From Candidatus Bathyarchaeia archaeon (lineage in GTDB: Archaea > Thermoproteota > Bathyarchaeia > Bathyarchaeales > Bathycorpusculaceae): a stretch of 31,639 bases of DNA. The position numbers and the translations under genes are program-made. The notes beneath the pieces were generated by a model. That model was not told where the DNA came from. It saw nothing but the letters and a program-made list of their open reading frames with translations, and made no database searches. Location of the stretch: assembly GCA_038883855.1 (NCBI GenBank), contig JAVZLH010000013.1:1-31639 (forward strand). The letters are read 5' to 3'. Of this stretch, positions 8,784-17,360 are shown piece by piece (the stretch's first letter is position 1; every line of letters starts with the position of its first letter).

Positions 8784-9821
8784 ATGGACATACTTGTTGA
8801 CGACGTAGGTAGTTTTCCGCTTCCCGCTTATGCTAAAAGAGAACTGTTTGACAGAGCATATCCTCTTGCCAGAGAGGCGGTAATTAATGGAAGAGACATC
8901 AAAAAAGACCATTATTTGTATAACAACTTTTACCGCGTTATAATAGATTCTTTTATGGCAAAGTGCGCGGCGGGTTTAGATGTCATCAACTATCCGCAAC
9001 ATTATGACATTTACAAACAGTTTACAGAGGTCATTCAGAAGGCTATGAGTCAAGGCACATACGTGGTTGATGAAAGAGATGCCCTCATACCAGAAGTGCA
9101 CGTAATTAAGGAAGAAGCCAAAATAATTTATGAAGAAACAGGAAGGCGAATACCGCTTCGCGTGTGCATAACTGGACCAATAGAGTTATACCTCAAAATG
9201 GTTGGGGTCACACCTTACAAGGATGTTCTTTTAATGTTTGCAGAAACCGTAAAACGCTTCGCAGAAAACTCAATTTTAAATTCTAAATACGTAAAAACTG
9301 AGGTAGTTTCTCTGGATGAGCCAAGCTTAGGATTTCAAAACTTAACCATTGACAGAGACACTTTTTTAGACGTTTTCGAGAAGGCTTTTGCCTTTGAAGG
9401 AACAGTAAAACAGATTCACTTACACTCATCGTCAATGGTATCAGACATATTAAACGTGAAGAACCTTGATGTGATATCTTTAGAGTATGCTGCATCTCCA
9501 AAAAACATCGAAAGCCTCCCAAAGAAAGCCTTAGAAACCGCAGATAAGTGCGTGCGGATTGGAATTGCAAGAACAGATATAGACTCAATTCTGGCGGAGC
9601 TATACGATAAAGGCATAACAAAACTCGGTATTGAACAATTGGTTGAAGACGAAGACACCATAAAAAGAAGGCTTAAAGTTGCAAAAGAAAAGTATGGCGA
9701 AAGAATGAGCTTCACAGGACCGGACTGCGGCTTGGGCGGTTGGCCAACGCAAGAAGCGGCTCAGCAGCTTTTAAGAAGAACAGTAAACGCTGTAAAATCT
9801 TCTAAAAACGCTTACACATAG
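8784..9821 (+). CDS. Single-barrel MetE/MesA-like protein (cobalamin-independent methionine synthase catalytic-domain family)
   Basis: DVGSFP N-terminus, ITGPIEL, SLDEPS, QIHLH, LEYA, GPDCGLGGW. Confidence 0.75.
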   Translation: MDILVDDVGSFPLPAYAKRELFDRAYPLAREAVINGRDIKKDHYLYNNFYRVIIDSFMAKCAAGLDVINYPQHYDIYKQFTEVIQKAMSQGTYVVDERDALIPEVHVIKEEAKIIYEETGRRIPLRVCITGPIELYLKMVGVTPYKDVLLMFAETVKRFAENSILNSKYVKTEVVSLDEPSLGFQNLTIDRDTFLDVFEKAFAFEGTVKQIHLHSSSMVSDILNVKNLDVISLEYAASPKNIESLPKKALETADKCVRIGIARTDIDSILAELYDKGITKLGIEQLVEDEDTIKRRLKVAKEKYGERMSFTGPDCGLGGWPTQEAAQQLLRRTVNAVKSSKNAYT

Positions 9822-10054
9822 TTTTTAAGAATAAAACTGTGCGAATTCTTTTCATAGGATGAGCCACAATTTTCAGTTTCGAAACTCCTCAGCCTGCATT
9901 TTCTGCTCGACATATGAAAGAGTAGCCCTACTTAATATAAGCAGGTTCCTACAGTACAGAAAAGAGTGGTGATGACTTAATGTTTAAGTATTTTACATGT
10001 TATACATACTTTACTAACAGCGCAAAAACGATTCTAAAGGAGATCGTATAAGAA

Positions 10055-10126
10055 ATGGAACTGAAAGGAAGCCAAACTGAAAAGGATCTTTTGGCTTCCT
10101 TTGCAAGAAGTGGTAAACGAACTTGA
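10055..10126 (+). pseudogene. 23-codon N-terminal remnant of a rubrerythrin gene
   Basis: AAGGAG SD then MELKGSQTEKDLLASFARSGKRT*, resembling the rubrerythrin start (LKGS.TEKNL..AFAGE); TGA overlaps the next TTG. Confidence 0.65.
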
Positions 10127-10620
10127 AAGAACGAACTGCTAATAACGTGCATACTGCTTTTGTTGAGGAAGCCAAAGCATATCAAAGACTTCTAATGTTT
10201 GCCAAAAAGGCAGAAGAAGAGAATTTACCACAGATAGCCCACCTATTTAGAGCAGTAGCTGCTTCTGAGGGGATTCACTCTCGTCGTCTTTTCGCGCTTC
10301 TAGAATCAGTCGCTGATACACAAACTAATTTAGAACACGCATTTCAAACTGAAACGTCAGTTAGCAGAATTTATTATCCAAAAATGTTACGAGAAGCTGA
10401 AGAAGATGGGGAAGAGGAGGCAGTTCTAGTCTTTTCGCAAGTTCGCGATGTTGAGAATTTCCACGCTAAACTTTACAAGAAAGCCCTTGATCATCTAATT
10501 GCACAACGTTTTACTAAATACTATATTTGCACAGTCTGTGGTTACGTAGCCGAAGGTGAGCCGCCAAACACATGCCCTATCTGCAGTGCGCCTAGCTCCA
10601 AGTTTGAAAAAATAGATTAA
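10123..10620 (+). CDS. Rubrerythrin family protein
   Basis: FAKKAEEE..PQIAHLFRAVA.SE.IH, YP.M..EAEE.G, E..H; C-terminal rubredoxin CTVCGY...CPIC. Confidence 0.93.
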   Translation: MKERTANNVHTAFVEEAKAYQRLLMFAKKAEEENLPQIAHLFRAVAASEGIHSRRLFALLESVADTQTNLEHAFQTETSVSRIYYPKMLREAEEDGEEEAVLVFSQVRDVENFHAKLYKKALDHLIAQRFTKYYICTVCGYVAEGEPPNTCPICSAPSSKFEKID

Positions 10621-10832
10621 CTAAAGCTTTAAGAACTGGCCTAATTTGAGCGTTTTTCATTAAAAACATCCTTTAAAACTCGTTAATTCCATTTTTAGCC
10701 TCTTTGACTAGCGCTTAACAATTCGACAATTTCTTCTCTGACTCTAACCGCAGTTATCCAAGATTTTATCTTCGCCTTTCCTTCTAAAAATCGTTTGATG
10801 TTACCTGTTTTAAATGTGCGGTATTTTTAACT

Positions 10833-11873
10833 TTATTGTGTCACAACAATTCTCATAGGGTTTCCTATTTTCTTTTCCAGCATTTCCATTCCGTAATTCA
10901 CATCTTCAAGCTGCACTCTGTGAGTTATAGAAGTTGAAAAGTCTATTTTCTTAGAGTCAACAAGATTAATTAACTGGATCATTTCTGATTTTAAATGGTC
11001 ATTTACACCGATTATTTCCATTTCCTTGCCTATTATAGTCTTATATGGTGAAACATTTATTTCTTCAGAGCCTATGCCTACAATCAGCATTCTGCCGCCT
11101 TTCCCTACGCAGTTGATGGCTTCTTCAATAGTGAACTTTGATCCTACAAAGTCTAAAGCGACATCAGAAAGTCTTCCGCCGGTAATCTCCTTTATTCTCT
11201 CTATGGGCTTCTCTTCGGCGGAATTCACAACTTCGTCTGCACCTACCTTTTTTGCAATTTTTAGCTTCTCTTCTGAAATATCCACTGCGATCACTTTTCC
11301 AGCCCCAAAAACTTTTGCAGCCAATTGAACAGCGTGAATTCCAACTCCTCCAACACCATAGACAACAACTGTTTCCCCAACCTTTACCCTCCCCTTCCTT
11401 AAGGCATGAAAAGCCGTTGAAACAGCGCACCCAATTATGGCCCCTTGTTCAAAAGGAATTGAGTTAGGTAATTTTAACACGTTTCTAGCTGGAACCTTTA
11501 CAAATTCGGCGAAGCCTCCATCCACATCCTTTCCTATCATCTTATAGTGTTCACAGAGATTCTCCCTTCCTCTTGTGCAAAAATAACATTTCCCACAACT
11601 TAGTACATAATGAACACAAACCCTGTCGCCTTTATCAACGGTCTGTACATGGTCACCTATTTCGTCTACTATACCTGCTATTTCATGACCTAATACTATA
11701 GGCAGTTTTCCAACGGGACTAATGCCTTCTCGGTAATTTATGTCTGAATGACATATACCACTCGCTTTAACACTAACTAGGACATCCTCTGCATCTAAGG
11801 TAGGAACTGAAACATAGTCTAAACGCAATCTCTCCCTTACATTATGTAACCGTGCTGCCTTCATCTTCACCAT
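10833..11873 (-). CDS. Zinc-dependent alcohol dehydrogenase (MDR family)
   Basis: GICHSD, LGHEIAG, CGKCYFC..GRENLC structural Zn, GVGGVG plus VD (NAD preference). Start 11873 follows GGTGA. Confidence 0.93.
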   Translation of the reverse strand: MVKMKAARLHNVRERLRLDYVSVPTLDAEDVLVSVKASGICHSDINYREGISPVGKLPIVLGHEIAGIVDEIGDHVQTVDKGDRVCVHYVLSCGKCYFCTRGRENLCEHYKMIGKDVDGGFAEFVKVPARNVLKLPNSIPFEQGAIIGCAVSTAFHALRKGRVKVGETVVVYGVGGVGIHAVQLAAKVFGAGKVIAVDISEEKLKIAKKVGADEVVNSAEEKPIERIKEITGGRLSDVALDFVGSKFTIEEAINCVGKGGRMLIVGIGSEEINVSPYKTIIGKEMEIIGVNDHLKSEMIQLINLVDSKKIDFSTSITHRVQLEDVNYGMEMLEKKIGNPMRIVVTQ

Positions 11874-12144
11874 GAATTTCACCAATCCCAACAGGAGAAA
11901 ATGAAAGCAACACTTAATAATCTTTAATTTTTGTTAATCGCTGTTAGCTGTAGTAAATTTAAAGATTACAGAAAATTTTGACTCCTGGGGATGTATGTAA
12001 TCAGTGTTGTACAACCTGTTTAGTAAGACATCAATAGCAATGGGAGAAGCGCGCAGGTTTTGTTTTGATGCTGAGCCTAAACAATAAACAGCGTACATTG
12101 AAATTTACGCAATTGTTTAAAAAGGAAACGTAAAACATTGAAGT

Positions 12145-12553
12145 ATGTCAAAGGAAAAATTCGAAACTGAAAAATATGTTTTCTGGTTCTAACAAGTAGA
12201 AAGAGATGTTGGGATAGGCATGGCGCCTATTCCCCATCGAGAAGTTACTGAGGATTATGTGAAAGAAATAGATGATTTCTTAAAAGATATGGGAAAATGT
12301 GAACCCTTTTGCTGAAACCTTGAAATGTCCACTCGAAAATTTAGGAATAAGTGAGAGATCAAAAATGAAGTCGAAAAGAAACTGGCTTTTAAAAATTAAC
12401 ACCCAAAGAGCCTTCGGCGAACTAATCAACGCAATATTAAGGGCTATCAACAGAGAAATCAGATCAAGTAAAAACACAAAAATGGCAACGATTAAAGAAA
12501 AAAATATTAGACTTAAAAGCCTTATCAGAGTAAAGAGCTCATGTCTGAGCTAA
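12145..12553 (+). pseudogene. Probable pseudogene of an unknown protein
   Basis: ATG 12145 MSKEKFETEKYVFWF, in-frame TAA 12190-12192, frame continues QVERDVGIG...DFLKDMG, then shifts near 12293 into the 12299-12553 ORF. Confidence 0.45.
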
Positions 12554-12569
12554 ATTAAGAGGGATTGAT

Positions 12570-12926
12570 ATGAGCGTACAAATACAAATTGAAACAAGAG
12601 ATAGAAAATTGATTTTTGATATCTTTGAATCTGATAAGATGATATACCCCTTCATCGCTAAAGAAATTACAGATGGAGTTTCAATAAGATTAAATGGTTT
12701 TGTTCTCCGAGAGAATATTTACGCTCCAGGGTTAGTGAGCATTAAATTATTCTTGGCAGAGAATGTTGCGTTGCCTACCGCTATTGGTGTATTTTCTGCT
12801 TGGTTATATGACAAATTAAAAGGAAGAAAAGTTGACAAATTATACATTGAAGGAACGGAAGTTAAAATAGACCGAGGAGAAATCGAGAAAAATCTCATAG
12901 AGAAAGTTGAAAAAGAAAAACATTAA
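12570..12926 (+). CDS. Hypothetical protein
   Basis: 118-aa ATG ORF after GAGGGA; protein-like composition (IGVFSAWLYDKLKG..V.KL.IEG.EV); AT-rich. Confidence 0.7.
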   Translation: MSVQIQIETRDRKLIFDIFESDKMIYPFIAKEITDGVSIRLNGFVLRENIYAPGLVSIKLFLAENVALPTAIGVFSAWLYDKLKGRKVDKLYIEGTEVKIDRGEIEKNLIEKVEKEKH

Positions 12927-13370
12927 CGACTAAAATCTTGTGTACTCGAAAGGTTATAAGAAAATGGTAATGTGAGTTAGGTAACTATTCAAATATACAT
13001 AAATTGGAGTTTGTGACTTTTTGTCGGATTTTTGAAGGCTAAAATCCTGTTATCTATGGAGATTTTTATTGGTACTTATATGAGACCATGGTTTTTCTGT
13101 ATTAAAACCTACCACGCATTAGAGAAGGCAAAACTGAGCTTCTTTTCTCGGAATGCTTAAGATTCTAGGTTTTCTTACCGCCATACACTCTTTAAGCTTG
13201 CACTAGCGACGAACAGAGTGGAACTTTGGATCAGAAAAGTATTTGCAATGTTTAATAGAACTGTATGGCTTTGCGTTTAAGCTTCATGTAATGTCTTGCA
13301 CTTACGCTTTTTGGACTGGAAAACCTCCATGGTTTTAAGTAGCTAATGTAGCTCCTACCCGCCTCATAAG

Positions 13371-13455
13371 TGCGGGGGGTGGGATTTGAACCCACGAACC
13401 CCTACGGGATAGGCTCCTGAAGCCTACGCCTTTGCCCAGGCTCGGCAACCCCCGC
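13371..13455 (-). tRNA. tRNA-Leu (anticodon CAG), CCA not encoded
   Basis: Reverse strand GCGGGGG...TAGGC-TT CAG GA-GCCTA, long variable arm, GTGGG-TTCAAAT-CCCAC, CCCCCGC-A. Confidence 0.97.
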
Positions 13456-13528
13456 CGCTGTTCTAGGGATTAGTTTTGTTGTGGAAATGTTTAAGAGTTA
13501 CTGTGTGTTTTTAGGGTTGGTGGTTTGT

Positions 13529-13690
13529 ATGCCTACGCATGGTTCGCTTTCGAAAGCTGGGAAGGTGCGTTCTCAGACTCCTAAGGTTCAGCCTTTGGGG
13601 AAGAAGAAGCCTGGTCCGAAGTTTAGGAATAGGCGTAATTATGAGAAGCGGGTTGTTTTGCAGCGGAAGCCTGGGCAGAACTGGGTTTAG
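13529..13690 (+). CDS. rps30e: 30S ribosomal protein S30e
   Basis: [19 protein letters not shown]...RNRRNYEKR; true start is ATG 13529, not 13481. Confidence 0.96.
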   Translation: MPTHGSLSKAGKVRSQTPKVQPLGKKKPGPKFRNRRNYEKRVVLQRKPGQNWV

Positions 13691-13721
13691 TTTTGTTTAT
13701 TTTCTTGTTTTGTTTTAGTTT

Positions 13722-15329
13722 TTGTGGTTGCTTGGTTTGAGCTTTGCGGATGCGTTGAGGGAAATCGTTGAGACTTTGATGCGCGCTTCTTCACTTAGCC
13801 TTGACGATGTTAATCGTGTTAAGGTGCGGGTTGCCGCCAAATATAAGCTTGAGAGGGTTCCTTCTAACTCTGAAATAATTGCGGTTTTGCGTGGTGAGGA
13901 AAGGCGTAGGCTTCTGCCTGTTTTGCGTAGGAAAGCGACGCGGACGATTTCTGGTGTTACTGTTGTTGCTGTTATGACAAAGCCTTATCCTTGTCCGCAA
14001 CTTGAGCCGTGCGCTTACTGTCCTGGCGGTCCGCCCTTTGGTGTTCCTCAGAGCTATACTGGTTTTGAGCCTGCTGCCATGCGGGGTTTGCAACATGCTT
14101 TTGACCCGTTTTTGCAGGTTAGAAGCCGTATTGAACAGTTAAGGGCTATTGGGCATAGTGTGGATAAGGTTGAGCTTATTGTTATGGGCGGGACTTTTCC
14201 CGCTACGCCTGTTGATTATCAAAAGTGGTTTATTCAGCGTTGTTTGGATGTGGTTACGGAGAAGGATTCTAATAGCCTTGAGGAGGCGAAGAAGAATGCG
14301 GAGACTAGCCGTATCCGTAATGTTGGGATTACGGTGGAGACGCGTCCTGACTGGGCTAAGGAAGCGCATGTTGACCTTATGCTTGGTATGGGTGTTACGC
14401 GGGTTGAGTTGGGCGTGCAGAACCCAAGCGACGAGATTTACCACCTTGTGGGTAGGAGGCACAGCGTGGCGGATGTGGTTGAGGCTACGAGGATATTGAA
14501 GGATGCTGGGTTGAAAATTGTTTATCACATGATGCCTGGACTGCCCGGGTCAAGTTTTGAGAAGGATTTAGAGGCTTTTAGGGAGATTTTTTCTAATCCT
14601 TGTTTTAAGCCTGATATGGTTAAGATTTATCCTTGTTTGGTTTTGAAGGGTACTAAAGCGTATGAGTGGTTTTTGAGGGGTGATTTTAAGCCTTATTCGA
14701 ATGAAGAGGCTGCTAGGCTTATTGTTGAGGTTAAGAAGATGGTTCCGCGTTGGGTTAGGATTATGCGTGTGCAGCGGGATATTCCAGCGCCGCTAATTGT
14801 TGCTGGTGTTGACCGTAGTAATTTGAGGCAGCTTGTGCAGCAGAAGCTGAAAGAGGAGGGTTTTAGGTGTGGTTGTATTCGTTGTAGGGAGGTTGGGCAT
14901 AGGTTTTTGGCTGATAAAGTTAAGCCAGACCCAGAAAACATAGAAGTATTTGTTACGAAGTATGCTGCGTCTGAGGGTGAGGAAATTTTTGTTTCTGTTG
15001 AGGATAGGGTGAATGATGTTTTGGTTGGGTATTTGCGTTTGCGGGTTCCATCAGCCAAAGCGCACAGACCAGAAATAAAGGCTAAGCCATGTGCAATTGT
15101 GAGGGAACTGCATGTTTACGGACCATTAGTGCCAGTAGGCAAACACTTAGCCAAAGCATGGCAACATAAGGGTTATGGCGGAATTTTATTAAGCGAAGCA
15201 GAACGCATAACACGGGAAGAGTATGGATTAAAGAAAATTTTAGTCATAAGCGCATTAGGAACAAAGGAATACTATAAACGATTTGGATACAATTATGACG
15301 GACCATACATGTCAAAAACATTAAAGTGA
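13722..15329 (+). CDS. elp3: tRNA uridine(34) acetyltransferase Elp3
   Basis: RTISGVTVVAVMTKP, C....PCAYCPGG, QSYTGFEPA, ETRPD, RVQRDIP, CIRCREVG, VRELHVYG, QHKGYG, YYKRFGY. Start may be TTG 13737. Confidence 0.96.
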   Translation: MWLLGLSFADALREIVETLMRASSLSLDDVNRVKVRVAAKYKLERVPSNSEIIAVLRGEERRRLLPVLRRKATRTISGVTVVAVMTKPYPCPQLEPCAYCPGGPPFGVPQSYTGFEPAAMRGLQHAFDPFLQVRSRIEQLRAIGHSVDKVELIVMGGTFPATPVDYQKWFIQRCLDVVTEKDSNSLEEAKKNAETSRIRNVGITVETRPDWAKEAHVDLMLGMGVTRVELGVQNPSDEIYHLVGRRHSVADVVEATRILKDAGLKIVYHMMPGLPGSSFEKDLEAFREIFSNPCFKPDMVKIYPCLVLKGTKAYEWFLRGDFKPYSNEEAARLIVEVKKMVPRWVRIMRVQRDIPAPLIVAGVDRSNLRQLVQQKLKEEGFRCGCIRCREVGHRFLADKVKPDPENIEVFVTKYAASEGEEIFVSVEDRVNDVLVGYLRLRVPSAKAHRPEIKAKPCAIVRELHVYGPLVPVGKHLAKAWQHKGYGGILLSEAERITREEYGLKKILVISALGTKEYYKRFGYNYDGPYMSKTLK

Positions 15330-15533
15330 GAGAGGCGTTTATGTGTATATGCAATCATCTCTAATGCCCCATTTGAGCTAAATATGATAGAGTATACTTT
15401 GGGTTTTTAATGTGAGCAAGTTTTTGGCATTTTTATTTAATTACTTTTAACATATAGTGCCAATACTTTTTCAAGATAATCGATATATTGAGGACTTAAT
15501 AGGGGACAAAAACAGGGTTCTTTTGTTTTCCCT

Positions 15534-15857
15534 TCAAAGACAAGTTCTACACCATAGCCTTTCCAAATCTTCTATAACCATATACTTTGTTATGGAACCT
15601 TCTCCAACCTTATTCACACCTTGCAGTTTATATTTTAATTCTGATTTTTGAGATGCACTTAATCCATTTATTATATTAGCAAATTTGAGTATTTCACTTA
15701 ACAATCCTAGTTCAACATGCGAGGGAGCCCATGTCATCAAGTTAGAATACTCCTTACTCATTCTTAGATTAGGTCTTGAAGAATCATCAATAAAATGAAA
15801 TATAACTAAGAAAGATTTGGTTCGATTTATCCATTTCCATTGAACGCATACTGGCAT
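15534..15857 (-). CDS. Hypothetical AT-rich protein
   Basis: 107-aa ATG ORF preceded by AGGA; no recognised motif. Confidence 0.4.
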   Translation of the reverse strand: MPVCVQWKWINRTKSFLVIFHFIDDSSRPNLRMSKEYSNLMTWAPSHVELGLLSEILKFANIINGLSASQKSELKYKLQGVNKVGEGSITKYMVIEDLERLWCRTCL

Positions 15858-16024
15858 ATCTTATCCTAATTAAAATACGTTCACGTCATCAAAAACTTTT
15901 CCAAAATATTATTCTATTGTTATTCTAACGATTTTTCATGCGCTCAAAAATCACTGACATATATACAACAAAGGTTAAAGACTGAAACTGCTTTCTTTTC
16001 AATTAAGGTTTGGAGAATTAAAGT

Positions 16025-17356
16025 ATGAGCGAAGAGGAAAAGTTTTCTGGTTATCGGGGCGAAGCTTTAGAAGCCATTAAGAGGGCTAGGGCTGAAATTG
16101 GCGATTTATTGCGTATAACAAAAGATGGTGAAGTTTACGAAGGCATTCTTATTCCCCGTTCTGAGTATGGCGACGAAAGACACATTATTATAAAAATTAA
16201 AAGCGGCTACAACATTGGTGTGCGCATAACCCCAAACACAAAGATAGAGAAGATAGGCGTGGGTGCAAAACCTGCCTTTGCTGCGCCCCCGCTTCCACCA
16301 CAAAACCCAGCATTGCCGAAAGTTGCCGTAATTAGCACTGGCGGCACAATAGCAAGCCGAGTCGACTATAGGACTGGCGCTGTTCGCCCCGCTTTATCGG
16401 CAAGCGACCTTTACAGCGTAGTTCCAGAACTAAGCAGCATAGCCCGCATTGATGCGCACATACTCTTCAGCATCTTCAGCGAAAACCTAACACCTTCCCA
16501 CTGGAAGGAAATGGCTGAAACTATAGCCCAAAAAATAGCTGAAGGCGTCGACGGCATAGTCTTAGCCCACGGCACAGACACGATGGGTTATACGGCTGCA
16601 GCCCTAAGCTTCGCTTTGCAAAACCTACCCGTGCCAGTTATCCTCGTCGGTTCGCAGCGTTCAGCAGACCGCCCAAGCTCAGACGCAGCCACAAACCTAA
16701 TAGGCGCAGTTACAGCAGCCGCCCACGCGCCCTTTGCAGAAGTCGCCGTCGCCATGCACGAAACAACAAGCGACACCGCAATAATACTGCATAGGGGAAC
16801 AAAAGTGCGGAAATGCCACACAAGCCGCAGAGACGCCTTCAAAACTGTAAACGCCACGCCACTAGCCCGCATACAAAACCAAAAAATACAAATGCTAACC
16901 CAAGACTATAAGAGGCGAAAACCCGAAAACAAGCTTGTCCTAAAACCTGAATTCAACGAAAAAGCCGCCCTAATCAAATTTTACCCAAGCATGAACCCAG
17001 CGGTCATAGAATGGCACGTGGAAAACGGCTACAGAGGCATAATCCTAGAAGGAACAGGCTTAGGACACGTAAGCAAAGCATGCTATAAGGCGATAGAAAA
17101 AGCTGTGGAAAACGACGTGATCGTTGCCATGACATCCCAGTGCATTTGGGGACGCGTAAACATGAACGTTTACGACACAGGACGCGACTTACTCGCTTTA
17201 GGAGTAATCCCCCTTGAAGATATGCTTCCAGAAACAGCCCTAGTAAAACTCATGTGGACCCTCGCCCAAACCAAAAACCCAGAAGAAGCAAAAACCCTCC
17301 TAAAAACAAACATAGCTGGCGAAATCTCGCCAAGAACCCTCCCACAAGAAGAGTGA
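16025..17356 (+). CDS. gatD: Glu-tRNA(Gln) amidotransferase subunit D
   Basis: N-terminal KIKSGYNIG domain; STGGTIASRVDYRTG, HGTDTM, GSQRSADRPSSD, KCHTSRRDAF. Confidence 0.98.
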   Translation: MSEEEKFSGYRGEALEAIKRARAEIGDLLRITKDGEVYEGILIPRSEYGDERHIIIKIKSGYNIGVRITPNTKIEKIGVGAKPAFAAPPLPPQNPALPKVAVISTGGTIASRVDYRTGAVRPALSASDLYSVVPELSSIARIDAHILFSIFSENLTPSHWKEMAETIAQKIAEGVDGIVLAHGTDTMGYTAAALSFALQNLPVPVILVGSQRSADRPSSDAATNLIGAVTAAAHAPFAEVAVAMHETTSDTAIILHRGTKVRKCHTSRRDAFKTVNATPLARIQNQKIQMLTQDYKRRKPENKLVLKPEFNEKAALIKFYPSMNPAVIEWHVENGYRGIILEGTGLGHVSKACYKAIEKAVENDVIVAMTSQCIWGRVNMNVYDTGRDLLALGVIPLEDMLPETALVKLMWTLAQTKNPEEAKTLLKTNIAGEISPRTLPQEE

Positions 17357-17360
17357 AAAA

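Noticed and set aside
13481-13528. Upstream GTG start for rps30e
   Set aside because: Covers the promoter; homologs begin MPTHGS.
13791-15058. Several antisense and alternative-frame ORFs within elp3
   Set aside because: By-products of the G/T skew; no motifs.
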